From: an uncultured Planctomycetia bacterium
GTDB taxonomy: Bacteria; Planctomycetota; MHYJ01; WSZJ01
Direction: 5' to 3'
NCBI GenBank assembly: GCA_963706735.1
Contig: CAVPNQ010000161.1
Span: 14,756-78,755 of the forward strand
DNA: 64,000 nt
Shown: positions 46,122 through 55,548 of the stretch, piece by piece
Layout: each line of letters opens with the position of its first letter
Numbering within the stretch: position 1 is the stretch's first letter
The notes under the pieces: generated by a model
The model's database searches: none
What the model was told of the DNA's origin: nothing
What the model saw: the letters and a program-made list of their open reading frames with translations, nothing else
Translations under genes and position numbers: made by a program

Positions 46122-46376
46122 ATGCTCCTCCACGCCTCCGTCCTCGACCTCTTCGGCCGCACCCCCCTCGTGCGCCTCTCCCGCGTCGCCGCGGATGTCC
46201 CGGCGCTTCTGTACGGCAAACTCGAGATGCTCAATCCCGGCGGCAGCGTGAAGGACCGGATCGGGCTGGCGATGGTGGAAGCGGCGGAGCGGGACGGGCG
46301 GTTGAAGGCGGGGGCGACGATCGTGGAAGCAACGGCGGGGAACACGGGGGTGGCCGCGCCGGACCGCGGCGCTTGA
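46122..46376 (+). pseudogene. Truncated cysteine synthase/CBS-family (PLP fold type II) N-terminal fragment
   Basis: LFGRTPLVRLSRV...LEMLNPGGSVKDRIG...TIVEATAGNTGV, then an abrupt stop after 84 codons. A short AT-richer junction follows. Confidence 0.6.
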
Positions 46377-46482
46377 AGCGGTATAGGGATTCCACCCCCC
46401 GAAATTCAAACTTCCTTAACAATCAGCCGCTAGAATCCCCCCCCTTCGCCGGGGAACGCTCCCGGCCAGAGAGGGGAAGGCC

Positions 46483-47415
46483 ATGAGCACGAAGGAAGGC
46501 GACAAGGACAGGGGCACGTTCCGGCGCATCCACAGCGACCTCGTGGACGACTTCGACGAGGAACTCGAGCTCGAAACCGAGGATTACGAACCCGGCGACA
46601 TCCCCGCCAAGGGCATCTCCGAGGCCGAACGCACTCTCCGCCGCCGCTACTTCAAGGAGCTCTTCCGCCTCCAGTCCGAGCTCATCAAGATGCAGGACTG
46701 GATGGTCGCCACCGGACACAAGCTAGTGATCGTGTTCGAGGGCCGCGACGCCGCGGGGAAGGGAGGCGTCATCAAGCGCATCACCCAGCGCCTCAATCCC
46801 CGCGCCCTCCGCGTCGCCGCGCTTCCCGCCCCCACCGACCGCGAAAAGACGCAGTGGTACTTCCAGCGCTACGTCAGCCATCTCCCCGCCGCGGGCGAAA
46901 TGGTGCTGTTCGACCGGAGCTGGTACAACCGCGCCGGGGTGGAGCGGGTGATGGGGTTCTGTTCGGAAGCGGACCTGGAGGAGTTTTACCGGTCGGTGCC
47001 GGAGTTCGAGAAGATGCTGGTGCGTTCGGGGATCCAGCTCATCAAGTACTGGTTTTCGATCAGCGACGAGGAGCAGGAGTTCCGGTTCATGTGCCGGACG
47101 ATGGACCCGATGAAGCAGTGGAAGCTGTCGAAGATGGACCTGGAATCGCGGCGCCGGTGGGAGGGGTACACGAAGGCGAAGGAGCAGATGTTCTCGCGGA
47201 CGCACATCCCGGAGGCGCCGTGGTGGGTGGTGCCCGCGAACGACAAGAAGCGCGCGCGCCTGAACTGCATCCACCACCTGCTCAGCCAGGTGAAGTACAA
47301 GGAGATCCCGCACACGCCGCTGGAGCTTCCTAAGCGCGAGCATCGCGAGGACTACCACCGGAACCCGGTGCCGAAGGAGATGATCATCCCCGACGTGTAC
47401 GCGGAGAAACGATGA
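46483..47415 (+). CDS. ppk2: Polyphosphate kinase 2
   Basis: Motifs VIVFEGRDAAGKGG, WYFQRYVSHLPAAGEMVLFDRSWYNRAGVERVMGF and PWWVVPANDKKRARLN. Confidence 0.9.
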   Translation: MSTKEGDKDRGTFRRIHSDLVDDFDEELELETEDYEPGDIPAKGISEAERTLRRRYFKELFRLQSELIKMQDWMVATGHKLVIVFEGRDAAGKGGVIKRITQRLNPRALRVAALPAPTDREKTQWYFQRYVSHLPAAGEMVLFDRSWYNRAGVERVMGFCSEADLEEFYRSVPEFEKMLVRSGIQLIKYWFSISDEEQEFRFMCRTMDPMKQWKLSKMDLESRRRWEGYTKAKEQMFSRTHIPEAPWWVVPANDKKRARLNCIHHLLSQVKYKEIPHTPLELPKREHREDYHRNPVPKEMIIPDVYAEKR

Positions 47416-48575
47416 AGGTTGCGGCCGTCGCCGTGATCGGCCTTGTTTCGCGGGCGCTGTTCGCGGAGGACTTGACGGTCCGCGACGCGGACGCGTTCCG
47501 CCGGGCCGTGCGGCAGGCCAGGCCGGGCACGACGATCCTCGTCGCGGCGGGTGAATACGCGGGCGGGTTCTGGTTCGAGAACGTGAAAGGCGAGCCCGGG
47601 AAACCGGTGGTCATCGCGGGCGCCGACCCGAAGAACCCGCCGGTGTTCAAGGGCGGCGGCGAGGCGATGCACTTCGCCGTGGCCGCGCACCTCGAAATCC
47701 GCGACATCGCGATCGCGGGCGCGACCGCCAACGGTCTCAGCATCGACGACGGGGGGAAGCGCGACGGGTCCACGCACCACGTCGTCCTCCGCAACCTGCG
47801 CGTGACGGACGTCGGCGCGCGCGGCAACGAGGACGGCGTCAAACTGTCGGGCGTGGACGACTTCCGCGTCGAGGGATGCACGTTCGAGCGCTGGGGCGCG
47901 GGCGGCGGTTCCGCGATCGACATGGTCGGCTGCCACCGCGGCACGGTCGAGGACTGCACCTTCCGGCACAAGGAGGCCGCCAACGCCGTCCAGATGAAGG
48001 GCGGAAGCGCGTCCGTGGCCGTCCGCAGGTGCCGCTTCGAGGACGCCGGCTCGCGCGCCGTGAACATCGGCGGGAGCACGGGGCTCGAGTTTTTCCGCCC
48101 GGCGCTCGAGAAGCCGCCGTTTGCGGAGGCGAGGGACATCACGGTCGAGGGGAACACGTTCACCGGGTCGGACGCGCCGGTGGCGTTCGTCGGCGTGGAC
48201 GGGGCGGTGGTGAGGTTCAACACGATCTACATGCCTCGCCGCTGGGCGATGCGGATCCTGCAGGAGACGACGGCGGAGGGGTTCGTGGCGTGCCGCAACG
48301 GGGAGTTCAGCCGCAACATCGTGGTGTTCCGGAGCGACCGCTGGTCCGAGGGCGGCGTCAACATCGGAGGAGGCACGGCGGCCGAGACGTTCCGCTTCGA
48401 GGGAAATGCGTGGTTCTGCGCGGACGCCCCGGCGAGGTCGAAGCCGAAGCTGCCGGTGGAAGAGAAGGGCGGGACGTACGGGACGGACCCGATGCTGGCG
48501 GACCCGGAGAAGGGGGATTTGCGGGTGAAGAAGGGGAGCGCGGTGGGCGGGGCGGGGGTGGAGGCGCTGAAGTAG
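47412..48575 (+). CDS. Secreted right-handed parallel beta-helix repeat protein
   Basis: Signal peptide MKVAAVAVIGLVSRALFAED. Periodic G/N/V repeats (HVVLRNLRVTD, FRVEGCTFE, GTVEDCTFRH, VAVRRCRFED, ITVEGNTFTG). ATGA overlap with ppk2. Confidence 0.7.
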   Translation: MKVAAVAVIGLVSRALFAEDLTVRDADAFRRAVRQARPGTTILVAAGEYAGGFWFENVKGEPGKPVVIAGADPKNPPVFKGGGEAMHFAVAAHLEIRDIAIAGATANGLSIDDGGKRDGSTHHVVLRNLRVTDVGARGNEDGVKLSGVDDFRVEGCTFERWGAGGGSAIDMVGCHRGTVEDCTFRHKEAANAVQMKGGSASVAVRRCRFEDAGSRAVNIGGSTGLEFFRPALEKPPFAEARDITVEGNTFTGSDAPVAFVGVDGAVVRFNTIYMPRRWAMRILQETTAEGFVACRNGEFSRNIVVFRSDRWSEGGVNIGGGTAAETFRFEGNAWFCADAPARSKPKLPVEEKGGTYGTDPMLADPEKGDLRVKKGSAVGGAGVEALK

Positions 48576-48633
48576 AGATTGGACGAAAGACGGCAGACAC
48601 GGCGGCGGGTACAGGTCTTGTGATTGGCGTTTG

Positions 48634-48691
48634 TTCGGGCCCCGAAAGGGCAAACTCAAAACGGCGAAACACAAAGCGAAACGCCAAAAGC
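48634..48691. repeat. A-family element A4, left half (interrupted copy, reverse orientation)
   Basis: ccccgaaagggcaaactcaaaacggcgaaacacaaagcgaaacgccaaaagc aligns with the first ~55 nt of A2, then similarity stops abruptly. Confidence 0.85.
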
Positions 48692-50394
48692 TAACGCGGC
48701 CTGTGGCCGCAACCAAATGAGCTGGTTCTCAATAGACACGGCGTTTCTTCCCTTGTAGGAATGCGGTTGCGAAGCGTCATTCCTGCGCAATCGGAGAGAA
48801 ACGCCGTGAATCTCTTTATATCAAAGCATGGCCGTGACGTCACCGGAGTGCTGTCAGGTTTCGACCGGATGCTTTTTTTCGCGACGATCCGGGCCATCTC
48901 GTTCGCCGGGGGGATGGCTGCTTTGCTGAAGAGGATGGGCGTGGCCCTGCAGGGCTTTGGAGAGTTCGTCGAGGACTGTACTGAGCGCCTGCTCAGGTCA
49001 ACGTTGGCTCTTCCGATCTCGCGAGGGCGGCCGAGTCTGTTCCTCCGCGGCAACGATGTCCGAAAGAATGAGTATGCCGAGGAGATCGCGCATCGCGACA
49101 AGATCCGCGACGGGCTGATCTGCACCTTCCGCGCTGTGGAGCCCTGCAAGACCTTCCGCGTTCGCAAGCACGGGAAGAATAGCCTGAAGGTGACCTACGA
49201 GCGCACCAAGTGCATCCACGTGTACCACTACTTCATGGACCCCGTGTTCGGGTTCATGCACGCGCGGCTGCAGAGCTGGTTTCCGTTCAGCATCCAGATC
49301 TGCATCAACGGCAGAGAGTGGCTGTCGCGCCAGATGGATGGAGCCGGTTTGACTTACACGAAGCGGGAGAATTGCTTCCTTCAGATCGAAGACTGGAAGC
49401 GCGCACAGGACCTTGCGACTGAGCAACTCCGGACGCCCTGGACGCAACAGTTGTCCCGGATCGTCCGGGTGGTGGCTTCTGCGGTCCCGGGAATCCTCGG
49501 CGTCAGGGGCTGCGACTACTACTACACGCTCCGGCAGAGCGAGTGGGCCACCGATGTTCTCTTCAAAGACACGGCAGTCCTGGATCGATTGATGCCGTCT
49601 CTGACCCGTCACTCGATCCTCTCCCTGGGCTGCGACAACGTGATGCGGTTCCTGGGGACGAGCAAACCGAATGGGAATCTTCGGCGGTCCGTAAAAAGCT
49701 ACCTCAGGAGCGAGCGCCGGGAAGGCCTGCGCGTCAAACACTGGTTCGGGCACAACTCCATCAAGCTCTACCAGAAACACGGGACCGTCCTGCGCGCCGA
49801 GACGACGATCAACCAGGCCGGTGAATTCACCGTGCTGCGCCCCAAGGACGGAGATCCGAAAGGCGAGTGCAGGCGCCGTGTCATGCGCCAGGGGATTGCG
49901 GATCTCTACCGGCGCTCACAGGTTTCTGACCGCGCTAACAAAAACTACCTCGATGCCATCAGCGCCGCCGACACATCGGCCGCCCTGGGAGATGTCTTCC
50001 AGCGCGTCATCACACCTGTCGAGCAGGGCGGAAAGCGATCAAGAGGACTGCGGCCTTGGTCGCCGGACGATCTCAAGCTCTTCAAGTTCATCATGGACGG
50101 GAAGTTCCATCTCAGAGGCTTCAGGAACTTCGACCTTCGGAAGGTGCTCTTCCCGATACCAACTCATGACCCGGTTGAACGCAGAAAACGATCGGCAAAG
50201 GCCAGCAGGCTCCTGCGCCTGCTCAGGGCTCACGGACTGATAAAAAAACTGCCCCTATCCCGCTCGTACAGGGTCACCAAAGGCGGTCGTGAGACTCTCG
50301 CTACGATACTGGTGGCGCAAGGTCTTACGCTCGATGCGATGAAAGCAAGCGCATAACATCGTCGCGAAAAACGAAGATCCTCGGGGTTATAAGT
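48692..50394 (+). mobile_element. ~1.7 kb insertion splitting repeat A4; carries one unrecognised ORF; no terminal inverted repeats and no clear target duplication
   Basis: Joining 48691 to 50395 restores an A-family element colinear with A2. The insert is visibly more AT-rich than its flanks. There is a 6-bp stem hairpin gcggcc-tgt-ggccgc at 48696-48710 near the left end. Confidence 0.6.
48761..50356 (+). CDS. Hypothetical 531-aa protein with C-terminal winged-helix-like segment (candidate transposase/recombinase of unknown family)
   Basis: Long ORF with regular coding appearance and no motif I can assign. The C-terminus RLLRLLRAHGLIKKLPLSRSYRVTKGGRETL looks like a wHTH. The better start may be GTG 48806, preceded by ggagag. 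Confidence 0.75.
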   Translation: MRLRSVIPAQSERNAVNLFISKHGRDVTGVLSGFDRMLFFATIRAISFAGGMAALLKRMGVALQGFGEFVEDCTERLLRSTLALPISRGRPSLFLRGNDVRKNEYAEEIAHRDKIRDGLICTFRAVEPCKTFRVRKHGKNSLKVTYERTKCIHVYHYFMDPVFGFMHARLQSWFPFSIQICINGREWLSRQMDGAGLTYTKRENCFLQIEDWKRAQDLATEQLRTPWTQQLSRIVRVVASAVPGILGVRGCDYYYTLRQSEWATDVLFKDTAVLDRLMPSLTRHSILSLGCDNVMRFLGTSKPNGNLRRSVKSYLRSERREGLRVKHWFGHNSIKLYQKHGTVLRAETTINQAGEFTVLRPKDGDPKGECRRRVMRQGIADLYRRSQVSDRANKNYLDAISAADTSAALGDVFQRVITPVEQGGKRSRGLRPWSPDDLKLFKFIMDGKFHLRGFRNFDLRKVLFPIPTHDPVERRKRSAKASRLLRLLRAHGLIKKLPLSRSYRVTKGGRETLATILVAQGLTLDAMKASA

Positions 50395-50513
50395 CAAAAG
50401 GGAGAAAAACGGGCCCTCGCCGCATCGACGAAGCTGCCTGACTTGTCGTTTGCCTCTTGCCGTTTCATTGAGAGTTCTCCGTTTTGCCTTTGCCGTTTCC
50501 CCTCCCGACCACC
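50395..50513. repeat. A-family element A4, right half
   Basis: caaaagggagaaaaacggg...catcgacgaagctgcctgacttgtcgtttgcctcttgccgtttcattgagagttctccgttttgcctttgccgtttcccctccc aligns with the core and right arm of A2. Confidence 0.85.
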
Positions 50514-50539
50514 CTGCAATACCGACCACGCACCCGGGG

Positions 50540-51286
50540 ATGATGCCGCGGTTGAAAGCGGTCCCGTCGGGGGAGTACCTTTCTCACGTGCGCCGCCCCC
50601 GCGACTTCTTCCGGTCCCTGGGAATCCCTTCCGAGTGGGGTGTCGCTCTCATTCCGGGGCTCGTCGGCGTGGCGATCATGCTGATCTCGGTCCTGGACTC
50701 GCGCGACGACGCGTTCCCGGCCGGCCGGCCCGCCGCGTTCATCGCGGGTGTCGTGTTCTTCCTCGCAGGCCTCGCCATTTTCCTGCCGTCCCTGGTGCAA
50801 ACCGCCCGGCGCAGCCGCTTCCTGGGCGCGATCGGCGTGCTCCTGATGCTCATCCTGATCGTGCCCCCGGTCGGGCTCGGCATCCACCGCGCGTTTTTTT
50901 CGTCGCAGAATGGAGCGGCGCCTGTTTTCGCCCCGGTCGGCCTCTCGCTGGACCGGGACGTCGTGCACGCGGGCGGCGAGGTCGTGGTCCGGTTCGATCG
51001 CCCGGTCACGGTTCCGGAGGGCTACGGGTCCTTCATCGGCATCGCCACGCCGGGCGCCACGGTCGGCCTCAATAGCACCTGGACGTACATCTCCTCCGGC
51101 GCGACCCAGGCCCTCCTGCGCGCCCCGATCACACCCGGGCCGTACGAGGTCCGGTATCACCCCCACCTGAACGCCGTTCTCTCGCGTCTGCCCATCGTCG
51201 TCCTCCCGAATCCGGATCTGACGCCGGAGAAAGAGGAACCGCGGGTCGAGAAGGAAAACCCGGGGCCGGAAGGGCCTGCCAAGTAG
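50540..51286 (+). CDS. Hypothetical membrane protein (3-4 TM) with a C-terminal beta-rich soluble domain
   Basis: Hydrophobic segments WGVALIPGLVGVAIMLISVL, AAFIAGVVFFLAGLAIFL and FLGAIGVLLMLILIVPPVGL. The ATG lies just past repeat A4R. Confidence 0.6.
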   Translation: MMPRLKAVPSGEYLSHVRRPRDFFRSLGIPSEWGVALIPGLVGVAIMLISVLDSRDDAFPAGRPAAFIAGVVFFLAGLAIFLPSLVQTARRSRFLGAIGVLLMLILIVPPVGLGIHRAFFSSQNGAAPVFAPVGLSLDRDVVHAGGEVVVRFDRPVTVPEGYGSFIGIATPGATVGLNSTWTYISSGATQALLRAPITPGPYEVRYHPHLNAVLSRLPIVVLPNPDLTPEKEEPRVEKENPGPEGPAK

Positions 51287-51335
51287 CGGGCGCCCTGCGT
51301 CCAGAGCGCTGCCCGCGTGCTACCATTCGCCCGCG

Positions 51336-52169
51336 ATGCCCACCCTTCGCGTCATGACCTACAACATCCTCGAGGGCGCCAAGGACCGCCTCGACGTGGT
51401 CTCCGCGGTCGTCCGCGCGGCCGATCCCGACGTCCTCGGCGTCACCGAGGCCAACGGGTTCGACGAGCCGAAACGCCTCAAGGAAGTCGAGAGGGCCTTC
51501 GGGATGAAGGCCACGCTCGGCACCGCGCGCAGCGGCTTTCACGTCGCGATCTTCACGAAGCCCGAGTGGACGGTCGAATCGAGCGGGCCCGAGTACTACC
51601 CGTTCTTCCACGCCGCCCTCTGGGCGAAGCTCAAGAAGGACAAGGACCGCTACTTCACCGCCGTCGTCGCCCACCTCAACCCCTTCAGCCCCGACGAACG
51701 CCTCGCCGAAGTCCGCGCGCTCTGCCGCCACGCCGCCCCCGGCGAACGCGCCGTCCTGATGGGCGACTTCAACTGCATGGCCCCCGGCGACACCATCGAC
51801 GCCAGCGTGCTCGAGCTCCCCCGCAACATCCTGGCGCGCTTCATCAAGGAAGCCGGCGACCCCGTCGAGTTCGACCGCCGCGAAATCGCGCTCGCCGAGT
51901 GGGCGGGGTTCGTGGACGTGTACCGCAAGATGCACCCGAAGAAACCCGGCTGGACCCTGATGACGACGCGCTTCGGCGCGGCCCTGCGGGCGCGGATGCG
52001 CATCGATTACCTGTTCGCGACCCAGCGCTTCTCCCAGCGCGCTTCGAAGGCGGAAGTCATCGAGACGGACGAGTCGCGGCGTGCGAGCGATCACTACCCG
52101 CTGATGGCGACCTTCGACATGACGGGGATGGGGGCGGGGAAGTCGGAGAAGTGGATCCCGCTTGAGTGA
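51336..52169 (+). CDS. Endonuclease/exonuclease/phosphatase (EEP) family protein
   Basis: Motifs VMTYNILEG, VLGVTEA, LMGDFNCM and a C-terminal SDHYPL. Confidence 0.85.
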   Translation: MPTLRVMTYNILEGAKDRLDVVSAVVRAADPDVLGVTEANGFDEPKRLKEVERAFGMKATLGTARSGFHVAIFTKPEWTVESSGPEYYPFFHAALWAKLKKDKDRYFTAVVAHLNPFSPDERLAEVRALCRHAAPGERAVLMGDFNCMAPGDTIDASVLELPRNILARFIKEAGDPVEFDRREIALAEWAGFVDVYRKMHPKKPGWTLMTTRFGAALRARMRIDYLFATQRFSQRASKAEVIETDESRRASDHYPLMATFDMTGMGAGKSEKWIPLE

Positions 52170-52195
52170 GGAGAGGCGGTAAGATCTCGACCGGT

Positions 52196-54319
52196 ATGAG
52201 ACACCTCTTCTCCGCAATGGCGCTGGCCGCGCTCCTTGCCGGCTGCGCGCAGGAACCTGAACCCGCTCCCGGGCCCGCCGCGGCCCAGACAGGCGCCCCC
52301 GACATGACGGACGATCCCTGGCTCTGGCTCGAGGACATCTACGGCGACAGGTCCCTCGACTGGGTCCGCGCCCGCAACGCCGTGTGCCGGAAGGAACTCG
52401 AGGCGCTTCCCGATTTCGAGCCCACGCGCGCGCGGCTGCTGGCGATCATGGACTCGAAGGAGCGGATTCCGTACGTGTCGAAGCGCGGGGACGGTTTCTA
52501 CAACTTCTGGCGCGATGCGAAGCACGTGCGGGGGGTGTGGCGGCGGACGACGCTGGCGGAGTACCGGAAGGCGGAGCCGGCGTGGGAGACGGTGATCGAC
52601 CTGGACGCGCTGGCGGCCGCGGAGAAGGAGAACTGGGTCTGGAGCGGCGTGCAGTGGCTGGAGCCGTCGTTCGACCGGTGCCTGGTGTCGCTGTCGCGCG
52701 GCGGGAAGGACGCGACGGTGTGGCGCGAGTTCGACCCCGTGAAGAAGGAGTTCGTGAAGGACGGGTTCGGGCTGCCGGAGGCGAAGTGCTGGCTGGAGTG
52801 GCGCGACCGCGACACGGTGTACGTCGGGACGGATTTCGGCGCCGGCTCGCTGACGACCTCGGGGTACACGCGCATCGCGAAGGAATGGAAGCGCGGGACG
52901 CCGCTGTCGGAGGCGCGCGTCGTGTTCGAGGGGAAGGAGACGGACGTGAGCGCGGGCGTTTCCGTGGACCACAACCACGGCCGCGTGTGGGAAGTCGCGC
53001 ACCGCAGCCCGTCGTTCTTCACGACGGAGCAGTTCCTGCGCGTCGGGGATTCCTTCGTGAAGCTGGACCTGCCGCCCGAGATGGAGCTGAACCATTTCGG
53101 CGATTTCCTGCTCATGCAGCCGCGCGTCGCGTGGAAGCTGGAAGGGAAGACGTGGCCGGCGGGGGCGCTGCTCGTCGCGAACGTGGACGCGTGGCTCAAG
53201 GGCGACCGCGCCGTCACGGCGCTGTTCGAGCCGACGCCGCGGACGTCGCTCGGCCGCGTGAGCGCGACGAAAAGCGGCCTGATCCTCAACGTCCTCGAAA
53301 ACGTCCGCAGCCGCCCGTGCTTCGTGCGGCTTGATGGCGGCCGCTGGACGCGCACGCCGATCGAGGTCCCGGAATTCGGGATCGCGGACATCTGGGGCGT
53401 CGATCCCGACGGGTCCGACGAGTGCTTCCTGCAGTTCGCGGACTTCCTGACGCCGACCACCCTCTCCATCGGCGCCGCAGACAAGCCCGCCCGCGAAACG
53501 CTCAAGACCCTTCCCGCCTACTTCAACGCCGACGGCCTCGAGATCCGGCAGTTCGAAGCGGTCTCGAAGGACGGCACGCGCGTCCCGTACTTCCAGGTCG
53601 GGCGCAAGGGGCTCGCGCTCGACGGCACGAACCCGACGCTTCTGCACGGCTACGGAGGCTTCGAGATCTCGATGCTCCCCGGCTATGCGTCCTGGCTCGG
53701 CGCCGCCTGGCTCGAGCGCGGCGGCGTCTACGCGCTCGCGAACATCCGCGGAGGCGGCGAGTTCGGCCCCGACTGGCACAACTCCGCCCGCAAGGAGAAC
53801 CGCCAGCGCGCCTACGACGACTTCATCGCCATCTCCGAGGACCTCATCGCCCGCAAGGTGACTTCCCCCCGCCACCTCGGCATCTCCGGCCGCTCCAACG
53901 GCGGCCTCCTCATGGGCGTCATGCTCACCCAGCGCCCCGACCTCTTCCGCGCCGTCTCCTGCGGCAACCCGCTTCTCGACATGCGCCGCTACCACACGAT
54001 GCTCGCCGGCGCGAGCTGGATGGACGAGTACGGCGACCCGGACAAGCCCGAAGAGTGGGCGTGGATCGGGAAGTACTCGCCCTACCAGAATCTCGCGAAG
54101 GGCCGCCAGTACCCCCGCGTTCTCTTCACGACCTCCACCCGCGACGACCGCGTCCACCCCGGCCACGCGCGGAAGATGTTCGCGCGGATGGAGGAGCAGG
54201 GGCACGACGCGCTCTACTACGAGAACATCGAGGGCGGCCACGGGTCGGCCGCGAACAATGCGCAGTCGGCGTTCATGGAAGCGCTGGCGTATGTGTTCCT
54301 GTGGAAGGAGCTCAAGTAG
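52196..54319 (+). CDS. Prolyl oligopeptidase-family serine peptidase (lipoprotein)
   Basis: Lipobox ALLAGCAQ, an N-terminal beta-propeller region, the catalytic GRSNGGLLMG (GxSxGG), and downstream D/H motifs (TSTRDDRVHP, IEGGHG). Confidence 0.9.
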   Translation: MRHLFSAMALAALLAGCAQEPEPAPGPAAAQTGAPDMTDDPWLWLEDIYGDRSLDWVRARNAVCRKELEALPDFEPTRARLLAIMDSKERIPYVSKRGDGFYNFWRDAKHVRGVWRRTTLAEYRKAEPAWETVIDLDALAAAEKENWVWSGVQWLEPSFDRCLVSLSRGGKDATVWREFDPVKKEFVKDGFGLPEAKCWLEWRDRDTVYVGTDFGAGSLTTSGYTRIAKEWKRGTPLSEARVVFEGKETDVSAGVSVDHNHGRVWEVAHRSPSFFTTEQFLRVGDSFVKLDLPPEMELNHFGDFLLMQPRVAWKLEGKTWPAGALLVANVDAWLKGDRAVTALFEPTPRTSLGRVSATKSGLILNVLENVRSRPCFVRLDGGRWTRTPIEVPEFGIADIWGVDPDGSDECFLQFADFLTPTTLSIGAADKPARETLKTLPAYFNADGLEIRQFEAVSKDGTRVPYFQVGRKGLALDGTNPTLLHGYGGFEISMLPGYASWLGAAWLERGGVYALANIRGGGEFGPDWHNSARKENRQRAYDDFIAISEDLIARKVTSPRHLGISGRSNGGLLMGVMLTQRPDLFRAVSCGNPLLDMRRYHTMLAGASWMDEYGDPDKPEEWAWIGKYSPYQNLAKGRQYPRVLFTTSTRDDRVHPGHARKMFARMEEQGHDALYYENIEGGHGSAANNAQSAFMEALAYVFLWKELK

Positions 54320-54369
54320 TCCCAGCCTGACCGTATGATTGTCCGGAGCCTGCGTACAGGAGCCTACGC

Positions 54370-54621
54370 GTGCGAAAGACCAAGCTGACCTTGACCGCCG
54401 ACCGAGACCTTGTGAAGGCCGCCAAGGTGTTCGCGGACGAGCATGGAACGACGCTCTCGGCGATGTTCTCCCGTTTCCTCCAGGCCTTGCTTTCCCGGAA
54501 GCGGGCTCGGATTCCGTATGGCTCGGTCACGCGGAAGCTCAGCGGTGTCGCGAGGATGCCGGTCGGAGAGACCGATCGTGAACTGCTGGAGGAAGCCTTG
54601 GCCGCGAAGTTCGGCGCCTAG
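54370..54621 (+). CDS. Ribbon-helix-helix antitoxin-like protein (DUF6364-like), no adjacent toxin
   Basis: KTKLTLTADRDLVKAAKVFADEHGTTLSAMFSRFLQAL is the typical N-terminal RHH pattern. GTG start. Confidence 0.55.
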   Translation: MRKTKLTLTADRDLVKAAKVFADEHGTTLSAMFSRFLQALLSRKRARIPYGSVTRKLSGVARMPVGETDRELLEEALAAKFGA

Positions 54622-54716
54622 CCTCGCGGGAGCGGGCGGAACTCCCGGGCGCAACTGGATTCGTACGGTGATTTGCCGTACAATCTGTACAGTCGCTAAC
54701 CGTACAGGAGCCAAGG

Positions 54717-54986
54717 ATGCCCACACGCACTGAACGTCTCGACATGCGTCTCACCCACGATCAGAAGGATCTGCTGGAGCGCGCTGCCTCGCTTTCAGGT
54801 CAACCGCTGACGGGGTTTGCTCTTTCGAATCTGATGGAGGCTGCACGCGAAGTCGTGGAAAGCCACCACCGAACCGTGCTGTCCCGCCGCGACGCAGACC
54901 GGTTTCTCGAGATCCTCGCCTCCGATCCAGAGCCCGTGCCTGCCCTGAAGGCGGCACTTCGCCGGCGCAATGCACGCCGTGGTTGA
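54717..54986 (+). CDS. tacA: DUF1778-family antitoxin (TacA-like)
   Basis: TERLDMRLTHDQKDLLERAASLSGQPLTGF, the typical DUF1778 RHH. Overlaps the downstream GNAT gene. Confidence 0.85.
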   Translation: MPTRTERLDMRLTHDQKDLLERAASLSGQPLTGFALSNLMEAAREVVESHHRTVLSRRDADRFLEILASDPEPVPALKAALRRRNARRG

Positions 54987-55494
54987 TGCGCGGTGGCGGA
55001 TCGAACGAATCCGCAAGGACCACGACCGCACTGCTTTCGATTGCGGGAACGCGGACCTGAACTCATTTCTCCAGAAGTTCGCCCGCCAGAACGACGAGCT
55101 GGGGCTTGCGCGGACTTTCGTCGCGGTCCGTCCCGGGGAAACCGTGGTCCTCGGGTATCACACCCTCCGGAGCGGGCAGATCGAGGTCGATGCGCTGAAG
55201 CCGGAGGAAACGAAGCGATTTCCGCGATACCCGGTTCCTGTGGTGCACTTCGCACGGCTCGCCGTAGACAGGCGCGCACAGGGGCATCGGCTCGGCGAGA
55301 CCCTCCTTCTTGACGGCCTTGAGCGGGCTCTCGCCGTGTCGAAGTCAGTCGCCGCCTGGGCGGTGGAGGTGCTCGCCACCGACGACGCGGCGCGGGCCTT
55401 CTATGTGAAGTACGGATTCAGCGAGCTGAAGGACGATCATCGGCACCTCTACCTGCCCATGAGCACCGTGACGAAGCTGTTCCGCAGGGAATAA
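54970..55494 (+). CDS. tacT: GNAT-family acetyltransferase toxin (TacT-like)
   Basis: DHDRTAFDCGNADLNSFLQKFARQN...ARLAVDRRAQGHRLGETLL...FYVKYGF, paired with the DUF1778 gene. Confidence 0.85.
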   Translation: MHAVVDARWRIERIRKDHDRTAFDCGNADLNSFLQKFARQNDELGLARTFVAVRPGETVVLGYHTLRSGQIEVDALKPEETKRFPRYPVPVVHFARLAVDRRAQGHRLGETLLLDGLERALAVSKSVAAWAVEVLATDDAARAFYVKYGFSELKDDHRHLYLPMSTVTKLFRRE

Positions 55495-55548
55495 TCCGGA
55501 GGACGCTGGAACCTGAAGTTCACGCTCGAGAAATGACGCGGGGACGAC

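Noticed and set aside
48692-50394. A group II intron, or an IS110 or IS200/IS605 element
   Set aside because: The ORF has no reverse-transcriptase YxDD block, no DEDD/RuvC-like N-terminus (IGIDVxK type), no HUH/Y1 motif and no TnpB-like CxxC zinc finger. The ends do not start GUGYG or end AY.
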